Below the pieces are notes generated by a model that saw only the letters and a program-made list of their open reading frames with translations, ran no database searches and was not told where the DNA came from. Of a DNA stretch of 64,000 nucleotides, positions 40,247 through 52,672 are shown piece after piece. This DNA is from Utricularia gibba. Taxonomy: Eukaryota; Plantae; Magnoliophyta. The stretch lies in the NCBI GenBank assembly GCA_002189035.1, contig NEEC01000002.1, positions 1,674,001 through 1,738,000 on the forward strand, written 5' to 3'. Positions within the stretch are counted from its first letter, which is position 1. The number at the start of each line of letters is the position of its first letter. The position numbers and the translations under genes are program-made.

Positions 40247-43200
40247 CTACTTGTAAGGGGCGAATAGGATCGATGAGTTGTGGCCACCGAAGCCGAACGA
40301 GTTAGACAACGCCACTTTGATATCTAGCTTCTCCTTTCTCTGCCCCACTAGCACTTTTGTATCCTGCGCATGGATAAATAAACAGTGGTTGGCAACACAA
40401 GCTAGGATGTGGAACCACGGCGCTACTAAGGAAGAAGGAAAAACGAAGCTTACCACAGCCTCATCAGGGTTTTCGAGATTGATATTTGGGTGAATCCAGC
40501 CTCTCCTGATGGCCTTCAAGAGAAGACGTGTCAGGTCCCTTCAGCAACCGACTTTTAGAGGTTCGTGCACATAAACAGTCTAAAAGGTACCTGCACAGTT
40601 GCCACAGCCTCAACCGCACCAGCAGCTCCGAGAAGGTGTCCAGTCATGGATTTTGTGGAATTCACTCTTAACTGCATTATCATAATGAAGGAAAGTTGGT
40701 TTCTGCTCTCACCGGAAACACTCGGTAGTACGACAGAAATAGTTGATTGAAGTTAAGACCACAGGGTTCTCTCCAAAGCAATGTAGAAGGGCTCGATATT
40801 CCTTGATATCCCCTGCTTGAGTTGATGTTGCATGCGCATTTATATAATTCACATCTTTTCTAGATACCCCTGATTGAGCTAGAGCCTTCTCCACACACAA
40901 AATGATACCTTTGCCTAATAGTGGGCAATAACACAAACGTGAGGATGCATAAAGCATGACCAAAAGAGTTGATAAATCATAGTAAACCTTCTGGATGAGG
41001 CTCTGTCATATGATGTGCATCACAAGTGAAGCTTCCACCAAGAAACTCGGCGTAGATGGTTGCGCCTCGGTTCTGCTCAACACGAAGCAGAAAACAATTA
41101 TCCTAAGAAACATAATAAATACAAGGATAACATTTATCACTTCATGAGCAAGGGCACCTTAGCATGTTCAAGTTCCTCTAGTAGCAAAACACCAGCACCT
41201 TCTCCCATAACAAATCCATCACGACTCTGCTAAGATGAGAAATTAAGCTACCATTAGAGAGACGAATGAGGGAGTAATGTAGCAATGTTAATATGGATGG
41301 GTTAGTTTAATGTACGAATGATGAGCCCATAGCATTTATGTGGATAAAAGAGCATTACACTATCCCAGGGGCATGAAGCTTTTTTAGGATCATTATTTCT
41401 CTGTGACAAGGCTCGGCATGCAACAAAGCCCCCTAATGCTGCATAAAGATTTTCAAACCAGTGAACTTGCATTTTAGCAACGGAAAACTGGGTGGAATTC
41501 TGAAAAGAATAGGGAAGGACATTCACCAACAGGGATAATTGTCGCATCTGAGCCACCACAAAGCATCAGATCCTGTAAATGACTCAAGCGTCAGTTGACA
41601 ATTAAATAAAAAGGCATCAGAATTTAAGGATGTTTACAGAGTTGATTGATCAGTGGATACAGGAAAATTCACTTTGAGAATAAGAAAAGCTGAATCACTT
41701 ACAGCTTCACCTCTGATTATGTGATTAGCAGCATTCAGTATACAGTAGTTTCCAGTTGCACAAGCTGTAGATATTGAATAGTTTGGCCCCATCCATCCCT
41801 ATTACAACAATGTTTTTAAGTCATTTTGTCATCCCATCAGTATCCTGGGACAGAATGGGAAGGTCTAACCAAATCCATTGCGAGAAGAGCAGACCCCATA
41901 TTTGTTGTAGTGGAAGGTACAACGAAGGGGTTCAACTTCTTATATGAAATCCTTAAAGCCTCGATCGCATCACTAAAAACCTGTCAACACTAAGAAGACT
42001 GAGAAAACACCAGAGAACTGAAGACAAGATGTTTGCATGTGGCTGTAGTATACTTTACCAAAATACTTGACAGGGTATACAACTTGGATATTTCAACTAC
42101 GTCTAGCCATTTTAAAACATGGATGATTTCATTTAGATGACATCAATGTCATTCTCCATAACGAGCCCAGAAAGCACAATATTTAAATTCCATAAAACAA
42201 ATACTAATGAGCACATCATTATTATCATGCAATAGATATACTTACTTTCATACCACCCATACCCGAGCCAATGAGTACACCACATTTTGCTTTATTTAAT
42301 TCTTTTAGCACATCTTCAGTAATTCCAGCATCCACTAAGGCCTTCTTGCCAGCTGTTTGCATATAAAGAATGAATTTGTCCATTCTCTTCGAAAGTTTTG
42401 GAGCAATCCAACCATCAGTTGAGAATGACTTGATCTCCCCAGCTATTCTCTACAATTGTAACCTTCATAATTAAAATCAAATAACCATGAAAAATCCATA
42501 CAACAGAAATGATGAGGTATACATACAGTGGGAAAGCTAGAGCAATCAAATCCCTCTATCTCACTAATGCCGCTGACCCCCTCCAGGAGGTTATCGTAGA
42601 ATACATCTGGGTCATTCCCAAGTGGTGTCTCGACACCCATACCAGTCACTACCACCCGCCTCTGTCCGATTGGATGCTTTTTAGTAGGGGTAGCTTCCAT
42701 GACAGGATTTACAGGCATGGCCACAGCCGGCCCTATTATCCATGTGAAATCAATAAGGTAAATGACCTAGTGGTGCCCGAGAAAACAATTTTATGCAGCA
42801 ATATCTAGCACTGCCATGCTTACATGTTCACCAAAAGTGAATGACCAATTGAGGCAACAATAAGAAGGCATAAGATGCTGGAATGAAGATAGAAATTCGG
42901 AGGTTTACTTGAAAAAGCCAACTACTTACCGGGCCTATACAACACCATCCAGGAGAAAATAATACCAGAAAGAAAAAACATAATAATTAGCTCAATTCAT
43001 CATCCCTGATACCCTCCTGCTCTGAACAAACGTCCAGAAACTCAAAAAATACATCAACATTAGGAAAAGTGCGAAACCGAAATTGTGCCTTCTCCCGTAA
43101 GATCGAGCGGATTCATGCATAAAGTGTGAATAGAAAGAATAAAAAAAAAGATAATCCAGACAAGTTTACTAGAATCGAAACTCATTCCTGACGAATATAA

Positions 43201-43683
43201 AAACAAACACATCTGAAAAAATAAAATGAATCCCACCCTGAAGAACGGACTGAAAATCAAAATCAACTTCAACATCAATAAAAAAACCACAAAACCCCAC
43301 GCCGAATAGCCAGAAATCGCGTCAATTGCACAGACATAAAACAAAGACAATCAGTAAGTAGCACCAAAAATAAACTTAGCAAAATCACGAACCGGAAGTC
43401 GCCAAGGGGCGCATAACTCCCCTCTTTATCCGGCCACTCGATCCAAAATCAGTGACTAAATCAGAAACTGTCCAGAATTTACGGAAGTCATCACAAGGCC
43501 CAAAGTTAAAGACGGAGTTGATGCCACCACAATGAGCAGCAATCCCCTTCCCTCTGCGACCCGCCCCTTTCCTTGGCCAGAGCGCATTGTTCCCCCTACT
43601 GCAATACTAACATCCTTCTCAACATCATTCGACATGCATGCCGCTATTATCCACGAGCACAACACCGACGACCCCGCCGCCAT
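40247..43683 (-). CDS. KAS2: Plastid 3-ketoacyl-ACP synthase II (KASII/FabF type), 13 exons; apparent 1-nt frameshift in exon 1
   Basis: Transit-peptide start [13 protein letters not shown]; RRVVVTGMG; catalytic Cys STACAT; His NAHATST; His GHLLGAAG; [19 protein letters not shown]. Confidence 0.92.
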
Positions 43684-45218
43684 CTCCGCCGGGAGAAAAC
43701 GGAATCTCCACCTCCTTTACCGGTATATAGGTCTCACCATAAGCGCCTTAGAGCAAGTGGAATCTCAGAGTTTGTATGGCAGCAGCGGCGGCGGAGGTTG
43801 AGAGTGAGGCTGGAGACGGGGAACGGAGAGAGGATGGGCGAAGAGGCTAACGTAGAAATAAACGAGGAGCGAATTAAAAACAAGTTTTGATGACACAGAG
43901 ACGGAATAAATTTCTTTTTTTCCCTAATTTAATAGAGTCCGTTTTTTTTTACTATTTATTGACCAAATTGGGCCTCAGGTATCCCAATAATTCGAAATAT
44001 TAATAATAAAAAATAACAGTACATTATCCCCGATTTCCACACTTGACCTTGACCCATCCCCCCCAATCAAAATTACAGGTTTTCATTTTATCAAATCTTC
44101 AAAAAACAAACCAAGGGTAGAATGGTAAATGGAAAGAACAGGGCCTAAGATATCTGCCCTGAGAGATTCCCCAGGCTTAATAAAAAAAAATAATAATTTG
44201 ATAGTTTATGATATGCATGTTTAACTTCACACCATAGATCATTGATGTTCATTCACGCAAAGTTCCATGGTACCGGACATCTTGTATGCCCGAGTTACAA
44301 CCTCTGCTCCCACAGTGATAGATTACGGTTTTAAAATCATGGAATTCAATTCGAAATTACATTTGGTTTAATTCAAATTTAATGGATTCAATTATTTAAA
44401 CAATAATTAAATATAATTTTAACATCTTTTAGGTATAATTTTTTAAAAAATAAAAATATATGATTTATTACTTTTTATTAAAAATAATAAATTCTAAGCC
44501 TTTATTCCTTTTTGGACAAAAAAAAATCACTTTTATTTAATAGTAAAATTACTCTTGAATTGTTTTTCTAAAAATGTAAATTGTTCAAAACAGATTTTTA
44601 TAATGTCTGCACCATTGCCAATTGAGATACATGTCAAATTGGGAATATAACCGATGTTCATAATTCTGGAAAACTTTTTATTGGATCAAAAAATAATTTA
44701 ATATATTTCAAAATAAATTATCATAATATTAATAAATATTATGTAATAGACTCAAAAACAAAAAAAATAAATTTCTATCCAAATTGTGACAAAAATCTGA
44801 AATTTTAATTAAATTTAAAAAGAAACAATATTGAGTGGTTCACGTCGAACGTCATTATCCTCAGTCTACGAGGATTCTTCACGGGTTCGTGATCCTTATT
44901 TTTTTCCAAGTGATAATTCCTTTTCTAAAAAATAATAAAAAAAGATAATAATTAGTAATAATTAAATAAAACGCTTGGCGGTAGTTAGGAAATGGGTGTA
45001 ACCATATTGTCAAGGACGCGTTGCTTTGTCGAGACGCCACTTCGCTCTCTACCTTTACCCCTTCAAACGTCCCTTCTGGCGCATATTTTAAATAATATTT
45101 TCCATATTTCGGAATAGTTAAATAAATTTATAATCGTCGTTATTACTTTAATCAGGTGAAGCTTCCTTCCTATAATTGTTGACTGTCCGATTCCGAAATC
45201 AATGTTGTACTCTGTGCT

Positions 45219-46023
45219 TCAATGGGGAAACCCGGCGCCCGCCTCTCTCCAGGGCTCGGCTTGGATTGGCGGCGGCGGCGGCGGCTTGGAGGATGGGTAT
45301 GGCGCGAGAGCGGAGTTTCTAGGAAATAACGTAATAATATTTAATAATGCTATTTTCCGTTGGCATTAAAATAAATAACATATTTTCCACTCACCGGTCC
45401 TTTCTCTTTGCCAGGAACCGGGCTAATGAATGCTTCCTGGCTATCGGCAGATCTGTAGAAGAGAAAATATATGTGATTCAGTTGATCTGATCCCATTGAA
45501 ATTGGAATGAGATTCATGAACCCAACTCCTGTTGGTGGAGTACTTTTCGGTACGTGTTTTAGTAGGGGATTACCGGAGGGGAAGAAGTACGGTGAGCTAG
45601 AGCGGGACTCCGCCGCGCGGGAGACGGCGGGTGTATGGGTGGCGGCGAATCTTCCGGCCAACTGAACAATTTCATTCGCTCTCTCTGCTGGAAAGTCGTT
45701 AAACACGAAGACTTTACCGGCGTATAATATCGTCAACGGCGCTCTTTCCTCCGAATCCCCGCCGTCGGGCTTCTCAATCTTGGTCAACAAATCCAACGTC
45801 CCTGTTCGATAAACGATACACCAAGTGAGAAAACACCGACCGTCTGAAATCCAGGAAAACAAAAGGGGAGGAGGTGGCAATAACTTCGATTCTCCGCCGC
45901 CGCATCAGAGGGGCGCAGGCAGAGGGTGAGGTCTCCAAAACCGCAGTTCTCCTTCACGTATTGGCTCAAAAGGGAGCAAGTACGAGAGAAATTACGCCTA
46001 TCCATTCTCTCGGAAGAAGCCAT
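45219..46023 (-). CDS. JAZ: JAZ/TIFY jasmonate-signalling repressor (JAZ1/2-like N-terminus), 4 exons
   Basis: NT domain NFSRTCSLLSQYVKE..FGDLTL, ZIM domain LTILYAGKVFVFNDFPAERANEIVQLA, Jas motif DLPIARKHSLARFLAKRKDR|NSALAPY. Confidence 0.93.
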
Positions 46024-46216
46024 ATCCTCTGCTTCACAAAAATCGCCAAGAAGAAGACAGGAGTCGTCTAGAAACGAGAACCACGCGGAGAGTCTTCATA
46101 TAGAGCCCCCCCTGCGCGTTTCGTGTGAATGAGTCGTCCCTCGCATGCGATGCGGAAGAACTTCAAAAAAAAAATACAACGGAGGGATTGTCTGTAGGGA
46201 CCACCACCTCTCCAGC

Positions 46217-46222
46217 CACGTG
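46217..46222. promoter_or_regulatory. G-box (CACGTG) about 195 bp upstream of the JAZ start codon, a candidate MYC2 site
   Basis: Exact CACGTG, with a TATA-like element (reverse strand ctatatg) near 46100. MYC2 binding to G-boxes in JAZ promoters is established. Confidence 0.5.
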
Positions 46223-46595
46223 CTTATTTCAGTCCAGAGAACAACTCACCTCATTGTACGGATGGTCGGCCGGCAACCTTTACGCTTTGATATCACCACG
46301 ACCTTTGCAAATTGCAATTGCAACACCCTCACCCTCACGGCGACGGCAAGCCCTCCCAAATTCGCTTTAGTCTTTCGATTGACCTTCTTTTTCCCTTCAC
46401 TATTAACACTTAATCCAACCTAAATGCATATAAATAAATCATAGAATCGTATTTGATAAATTTATTTACATTTATAAATACATACATATATTAATTTTTT
46501 AAAATATGAATCGAATCACCTAAATTCGTAAATCCACGAATCCACACTCATACTATAATGATATACTTGTTTCTCAACACACATATAATTTATAA

Positions 46596-46908
46596 GGGCA
46601 TGTTTGGTAGGAGGTATGGAATAATAGAGGTTATAATTATTAAGGTTTAAAATTAAAATTAAATTTATTCATATTTAAATAAAACCGAGTTTGGTAATGA
46701 TGTTTATTTAAAGCCTGATTTATAATGTAAATTATTTAGTAGAAAATATCCAATTTATTATAAATATACAAGGAGGGTGGACTCAAGAAGTCTAGAAAAA
46801 TAGTGCTTAGTTTAAATTTAGACTTAAATTAACCCATTTCTACCAAACATAAATAATATTAAATCAAACCTAATAAAACCAAGTTAAACACTCCTACCAA
46901 ACAACCCC
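46596..46908. mobile_element. Tourist-type MITE, 313 bp
   Basis: 18-bp TIRs GGGCATGTTTGGTAGGAG / CTCCTACCAAACAACCCC (2 mismatches); TAA duplication at 46593-46595 and 46909-46911. Confidence 0.85.
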
Positions 46909-47678
46909 TAAAACATTTTGATTAACAGAGCATTAATTTATATTTTATTAATCTAATATCACGTATTTTATTTAACGAAAAATAATTTAAATATACAAGT
47001 AATTAAACCGTACTAACAACCACAATCATTAAGCATGTGTCTTCCTTTCAAGTGAAGGTGTGTTCCTCCTCTTTCCCCTTCATCAACCATCATCATAATT
47101 GGGCCCAAATCTGTCTTCCCACGCCCCGCCAGAAGCCAGCCTTGTCCTTTCAACACGAGCGCCTAACGCATTCCCCCATATCGACACAAGTCACAGGCGC
47201 ACATTACCAGCCACAAACTCACTCGAGGGGATTAGGATTAGGACAAGCCCCTGTGTGTTTCCCGTGTTTTGTTATAACGAAAATAAACAAAAAAAATTGC
47301 ATGTTAAAATAAATACCCTTGGAAATTGAGCACGAGCCTGGAAATCCGATTCAACGCGCTTTCGTGTACAAATTTGGACCCGATCAACTGGGGAACATTA
47401 CATTACATTAGCTCCAGTCGATTGGGTTGTGGACCGAAATAGGTGATCAATTGACTTGCCCCCACATCATTATTGACCGGAAGACGTGATTGGGCCCACA
47501 AGATGGATCTTCTAATTAAAGACAATCCACTGCCGGTGCGGCCCATCTAACCTATATTATTAAACTATGTTATAAAATCTAGAAGCGTTTTTTTTATTTT
47601 TAATAAATGAAAGAAAATTGATTTGTATTCTATTATAATTACTTTTTCAAAAAAAAAAATTTTGAAAAATTATACATA

Positions 47679-47909
47679 AGCATGTTTTTGAAAATTTTTG
47701 AAATCTGTTTTTATTTTTTAAAATTATTTTGAAAAATAGAAATAAAAAATAAAAGTAATCAGCTAATTATTTTTCCAAAAATAATTTTTATAGTTATAAT
47801 TTTAAAAAATTTTTAATAGAATTACTTTTGCAATTAAAAATGTTCTACAATAAAATTATTTTTATTTTTGAAAAATAAAAATAAATTTTAAAAATTTTCC
47901 AAACACTCT
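47679..47909. mobile_element. Shorter, inverted copy of the 28.5-29.1 kb MITE family
   Basis: Left end agcatgtttttgaaaatttttgaaatctgtttttatt resembles the reverse complement of the 29.1 kb end. The reverse complement of the right end, agagtgtttggaaaatttttaaaatttatttttatttttcaaaaataaaaataatttt, resembles the 28548 end. Confidence 0.6.
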
Positions 47910-48972
47910 TGTAATCTAATTCACACTAATTGCTCCAATTTCTAAATTCCGTAACAAGCCGTCGACAAAAGCAAAGCTTGGAAGTTTCTAGAATCAATTT
48001 TATTTCTATAGAATTGTTTATATCTTTCTAATATATACCAAATTATATTATACTAGAATTAATTTTTAAGAATCATTTCAATTTTATGAAAGGAATGAGA
48101 TGATGATTAAAAATAACCGATTTGGGTTAAATTGGGATGCACAAACTATTTTAGGAAGAGAAATGGAGTACAATAAATAATTGTGGTAGTGGCTCTGGGT
48201 GTTACCTTGGTAGCAGGGGAGGAATTTATGTGAAAAAAGAATGATGAATAATATGAAATAATATATTAAATTAAAATGATTAAATATTACTTCACAAAAA
48301 TCTGTTATTTGTGAACTGCACTTGGTCATTTTTTTTTTCTTTTCTTGAGCAAAAGTAGAAAAAAATATCCAAAAAGAAATGCGATTTTTAGGAGTGTAAT
48401 TAAAAATGTGTGATTATTTAGGAAAAAAGTCACAAATTTATCAGAATACAAATTGAATGCTATAAATTAAGTAAATATTAGTGTTTAAGAAACCTGGATT
48501 GGATAATTTTGGATGAGTGTAAATTCTGTTGGCATGTAATAAATATTTCTTTGAGAAAAAGGAAAAGGGAGGGGGCGGCCACCGCCAGGTCGCCCCCACT
48601 GGGTCCGCCTCTGCTTGATCGGATAAAATGGTGGTGGTGGTGCCACTGCAACCACCGGTGTTGAGGCAAAGATAATACGTTGATTTGTGTGTCGGTGGAA
48701 TGGGATGGATGCCACGATGGCGAAAGTGCTCTTCTTTTAGTTGCCCTGCCCGGAATCGAGTTCACTACTTGCTCGCTTTTCTTTTTATTCCCAATATCGA
48801 GCGAACACTTGATCCGACTACAAACCCCACACCGTTCTTCTCCTTCTGGAAAGTGAAAAGTCTCCGCGTCTCGCTCACCACTGATAAACCGCTTGCTGCG
48901 TTTGATTGCGGTCCCGAATGGAGGGGTAGCGCTTAAATTGGCTAAGAATTGGGTATTCAAGCGAATTATTTG

Positions 48973-51900
48973 ATGTTTAGAAGCAAAAATGTGGCGGCCC
49001 GAGTTTTCGAGCGCCAGATTTCTACACCTGCTCCTGGAACCAGTGTAAGCTTTTTCATATGTGGGTTGTTTGTCAATTTGCTTCCACCGTAAAAACTTCG
49101 TTTCTTTATTCCACTGGGTTGTTGGTATAATCTTTGAACTGGTTCGAGCTCGTGTGTGTTGAGTGGTACAGTCATGGCCAAACAAAGGCTGTTTGTTTGG
49201 AGAATGGGAATGATGTAATTTGAACCGTTGAGGGATTCTCAACAAAGGGGTTTCATTTCAGTGGCTACTTCCGAGGAATCAGGAGGCAGAGAGCTTGCTA
49301 TTGCACTTATTCCAAGGCGATGAAGCATGCAATTCAATGGTTTCACTATGTCCTTAGAGCGTGAAATAGACGTTCTGCATCTATTGCGTCTTATGGTGAT
49401 GCGTGTTAGATATCTAAAATGGTAATTGTTTGTGAGAATGGAGTGCCCTAGTGTATTGGTTCTTTCATTTTGGCCTTGGATAGTCATCCTGAGCATCCTC
49501 TATGTGTTTTTCAACTGATTATTTCATTCTTCAATCTGGAAAATTTTCAGCAAGCTCCTCAGTAGCCTTGATTTTGTGATCTCTTGCTATTTCTTATAAG
49601 GAGTTCTATTGTTGGTTCTCAGGTCTATTGTGCCAGAAGATTTTATGAGAACATAGTTCCGAGTCATACAGTATTTGATGTTGAATGCCCGGATATTGTT
49701 TTCCGTAAGTTCAGCGATGATGGGCAGTATCTTATAACCTTTAGCAGGAATCTTAAGGACCTGATTGTTTACAGAACTACTTGGCTGTCATTTCCATGCA
49801 GAGAACATGATTGCCCTGATCATGGTCTTCCTTCTAAAGCCAATAAGTTTGAGAGTTTTTTTACACAGTCGTACAGTGTAACTCTTGCTTCCACCCATGA
49901 GTTTATACACAAAGATTTCTTCCTTTATGTCGAGAAAAACGAATTTGGTATATTTGCAACTTCAACTGCACATATTCAGGATGCACCTGCTGTGGGAGGT
50001 GCTGTTCAAGGAATCTCATCAATAGAGAAAATAACCTTTCACCTTGTAAGGTCTGTACTCCATTTCAATAGTTCTGGAAGCCTATACACTGTTTTGGTTT
50101 TCAGTAAGTTTGTGAACTCAGGTTGGAAGATGGAGTTATACTTGATGAGAAGATTTTCCACAACGATTATATCAATTTGGCGCACAGCTCGGGGGTTTTC
50201 TTGTACGATGATTTAGTGGCTATATTTTCCGTGCGCTATCAGCGAATACACATTCTTCAGATTAGGGACTCTGGGAACCTTGTTGATGTCCGCTCAATAG
50301 GGGAATACTGTCATGAAGACGATGAACTATTTCTGAACTCCAGTACACATACGGTTTGCTCTATTAACGTGAAGCAATTTCCTTTGACATTTTGGCTATA
50401 AAAAAACTGAATCGTTTATTATAGTTTAGGTTTGACATTCAATTTTCATTATTGATCTCAGTTTGTAATGCCAGAGAGAAGTCGATCACATAATGCTGGG
50501 AATGGTTTAGTTAACATCCAGCATGCTGATGAAGTATCCTTTCTGAAAGGTTTGAAGCAGCGGTTGCTCTCTTTCATATTTCGAGGGATATGGGATGAAG
50601 AAGAAGATCCAGTATTAGTATGCCTTTATTGGAAATCTTTTCTCTATGCATTCTTACTTTTTTTTTCTTCTTCAAAGTATAGCATCTTGAGCTTTGTAAG
50701 ACTCAAGGATTCTTTTGTACTGATGTTTCACTTTTTTCAAACCAGAGAATGCATTCCTTGAAGAAAAAGTTTTATTACAATTTCCAAGATTATGCAGATT
50801 TGGTGATTTGGAGGGTATGAATCTTGTTTACGTGTCTGGATACCATGTTTATTGTTTCAAAACGTTGAATGCATAGGAATCCTGTGCTTCACTTGCTTGT
50901 TCCTTACTCCATATGCATATCTTGCTAATGGTTGTCGGTTTATTGCTCAGGTGCAATTTTTAGATCGCCATCATTTGTTAATCAAGCTTGGTAGTGTTGA
51001 TGGTGCGGTAAGTGCTTTCCTTCTGGTTAGCCATATGTCTTGCTCTTAGACAACAGCCACTCCTCACATGGGCACGCTTATCCTCTTTTGCACTGATCAC
51101 CTTCCTTTTGCAAATGCTGTTTGTGATTATACTTACTGTTATTAATCCCTTTACAAGTTAGCGCGAAACACAGAGAATCATACTGCATTTTTTGCTGTAT
51201 ATGACATGGAATCAACAGAAATCTTATCATTTTATCAGGTAAACACGATACTTCTCATGTTAGCTTCTGTACCTTGATGCAAGAGCACTCCAATTTTGTT
51301 TTTGTTTCATGTTGAAGCGCAGGCAGCTGACTAACTAAACCATGAAATTTTGTAGAACTCTGCTGAGGATCTCTACACCTTGTACGAGAGATTTTTTGAC
51401 CATTTTCATTCCTCCTCGAGGTACTCTTTCCAAGTGAACTTTTTGACCACTCATTCGAACAACGTTCACGCCCAGGAACAATTACTATGCAATAAAAGCA
51501 AGGCGAACAGCTTTCCTCAGGTACACATTTCCATTCGTCCTGGCAAAGGTACAACCTCTCCATTTTTTCCATGTTTCATGATGCTCAATGAGTTTCCATG
51601 TTTGTATTGAAACCGAAGTTCGTGAAGAAGATGCTGTCATCGTTGCCTCCCAATTGCCAGTCGCGGAGTCCTTCACCATATTTTGACCACTCTCTTTTCC
51701 GCTATGATGAAAAGGTTCTTTGAATGACAAGAGTTCTCTCCTTTCAACTTCATCTAACTCAAGCTCACATTTAAATGGTTTCTTTCCAATTCAGTCACTT
51801 ACAACTTTCCGTTTTTTTGTACTGATGCTGGCAGCTGATTTCAGCCGCTGATCATCACAGACAGGCAACTGATCATCCCATCAAGTTCATTTCAAGAAGG

Positions 51901-52319
51901 CAGCCTAATATTCTGAAATTCAAGATCAAACCAGGTATAGCATTGCATATTGACCTTGTTCTTTTATGGTTTAAGAAGTTTAGTTCCACAGCACTTTTGT
52001 CAAAAAATCATATAAACTGGAACTGAAATAAATTTGTGCTTGCCTCCTGGTTATGGAACGAGTTTTTATATTTTTTTTGGTGATGCTTTTAGGTATGTTC
52101 TTGCGTAAATGTAGCTGGACAAGTTTTCCAGACAACAGATAGAAAAAAGGTGTACTTTAATGTGCGATGTATCGTGTAGGGCCTGAATCAGGGTCTGTGG
52201 ATGCCCGCCCGAAGAAAATCTTCTCTTTTCTGTTTCATCCAATTTTGCCTCTGGTGATTTCTGTACAACAAACCCAGTATTCGCAACCAGCAGTTGTGAA
52301 TATTCACTTCCGACGGTGA
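48973..52319 (+). CDS. DET1: DE-ETIOLATED 1 (DET1), light-signalling repressor and CUL4-DDB1 adaptor
   Basis: MFRSKNVAARVFERQISTPAPGTS|VYCARRFYENIVP..FRKFSDDGQYL.., KQRLLSFIFRGIW, VQFLDRHHLLIKLGSVDG, PYFDHSLFRYDEK|LISAADH, FLFHPILPLVISVQQ..VVNIHFRR*. Confidence 0.96.
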
Positions 52320-52672
52320 TGATAGGTCACAGTTTTGTTATCTGCGATGGTCTTGCTGATACCCCCTTAACCAAGTTGCTCGGATCAGCCGTTACCGTGC
52401 GACGATGTGTAATTCCATCCAGATGTGTAGCAGTCTATACTTGCTGTCTGACCCCATATTTTCAAATGGGCTGTCTTGTCATGTGTAATGACCCAAGGCC
52501 ATATAATGCAAAACCCACGTCTGCAGATTTGGCATCATCAACGCAAATGTTTTCTAGTTCCTCTAGACTCTGCACATTTTTAAAGGGGTGATTTTCTGAC
52601 TGGCAAGTAAGGGCGATTCTACATCTCCATCCTATGGGTGGGGAGCCTCAAATCCAATTTTCAAGCCCCACT

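Noticed and set aside
47459-47470. CCCACATC resembling the plant snRNA USE (RTCCCACATCG)
   Set aside because: Imperfect match, no correctly spaced TATA box and no recognisable snRNA body downstream.
48478-49245. 255-aa minus-strand ORF
   Set aside because: Antisense to the DET1 promoter, exon 1 and intron 1; no domain motifs; composition mirrors the UTR low complexity.
49482-49490. Partial complement to miR169 in DET1 intron 1
   Set aside because: Only a 9-nt match, intronic, with no hairpin.
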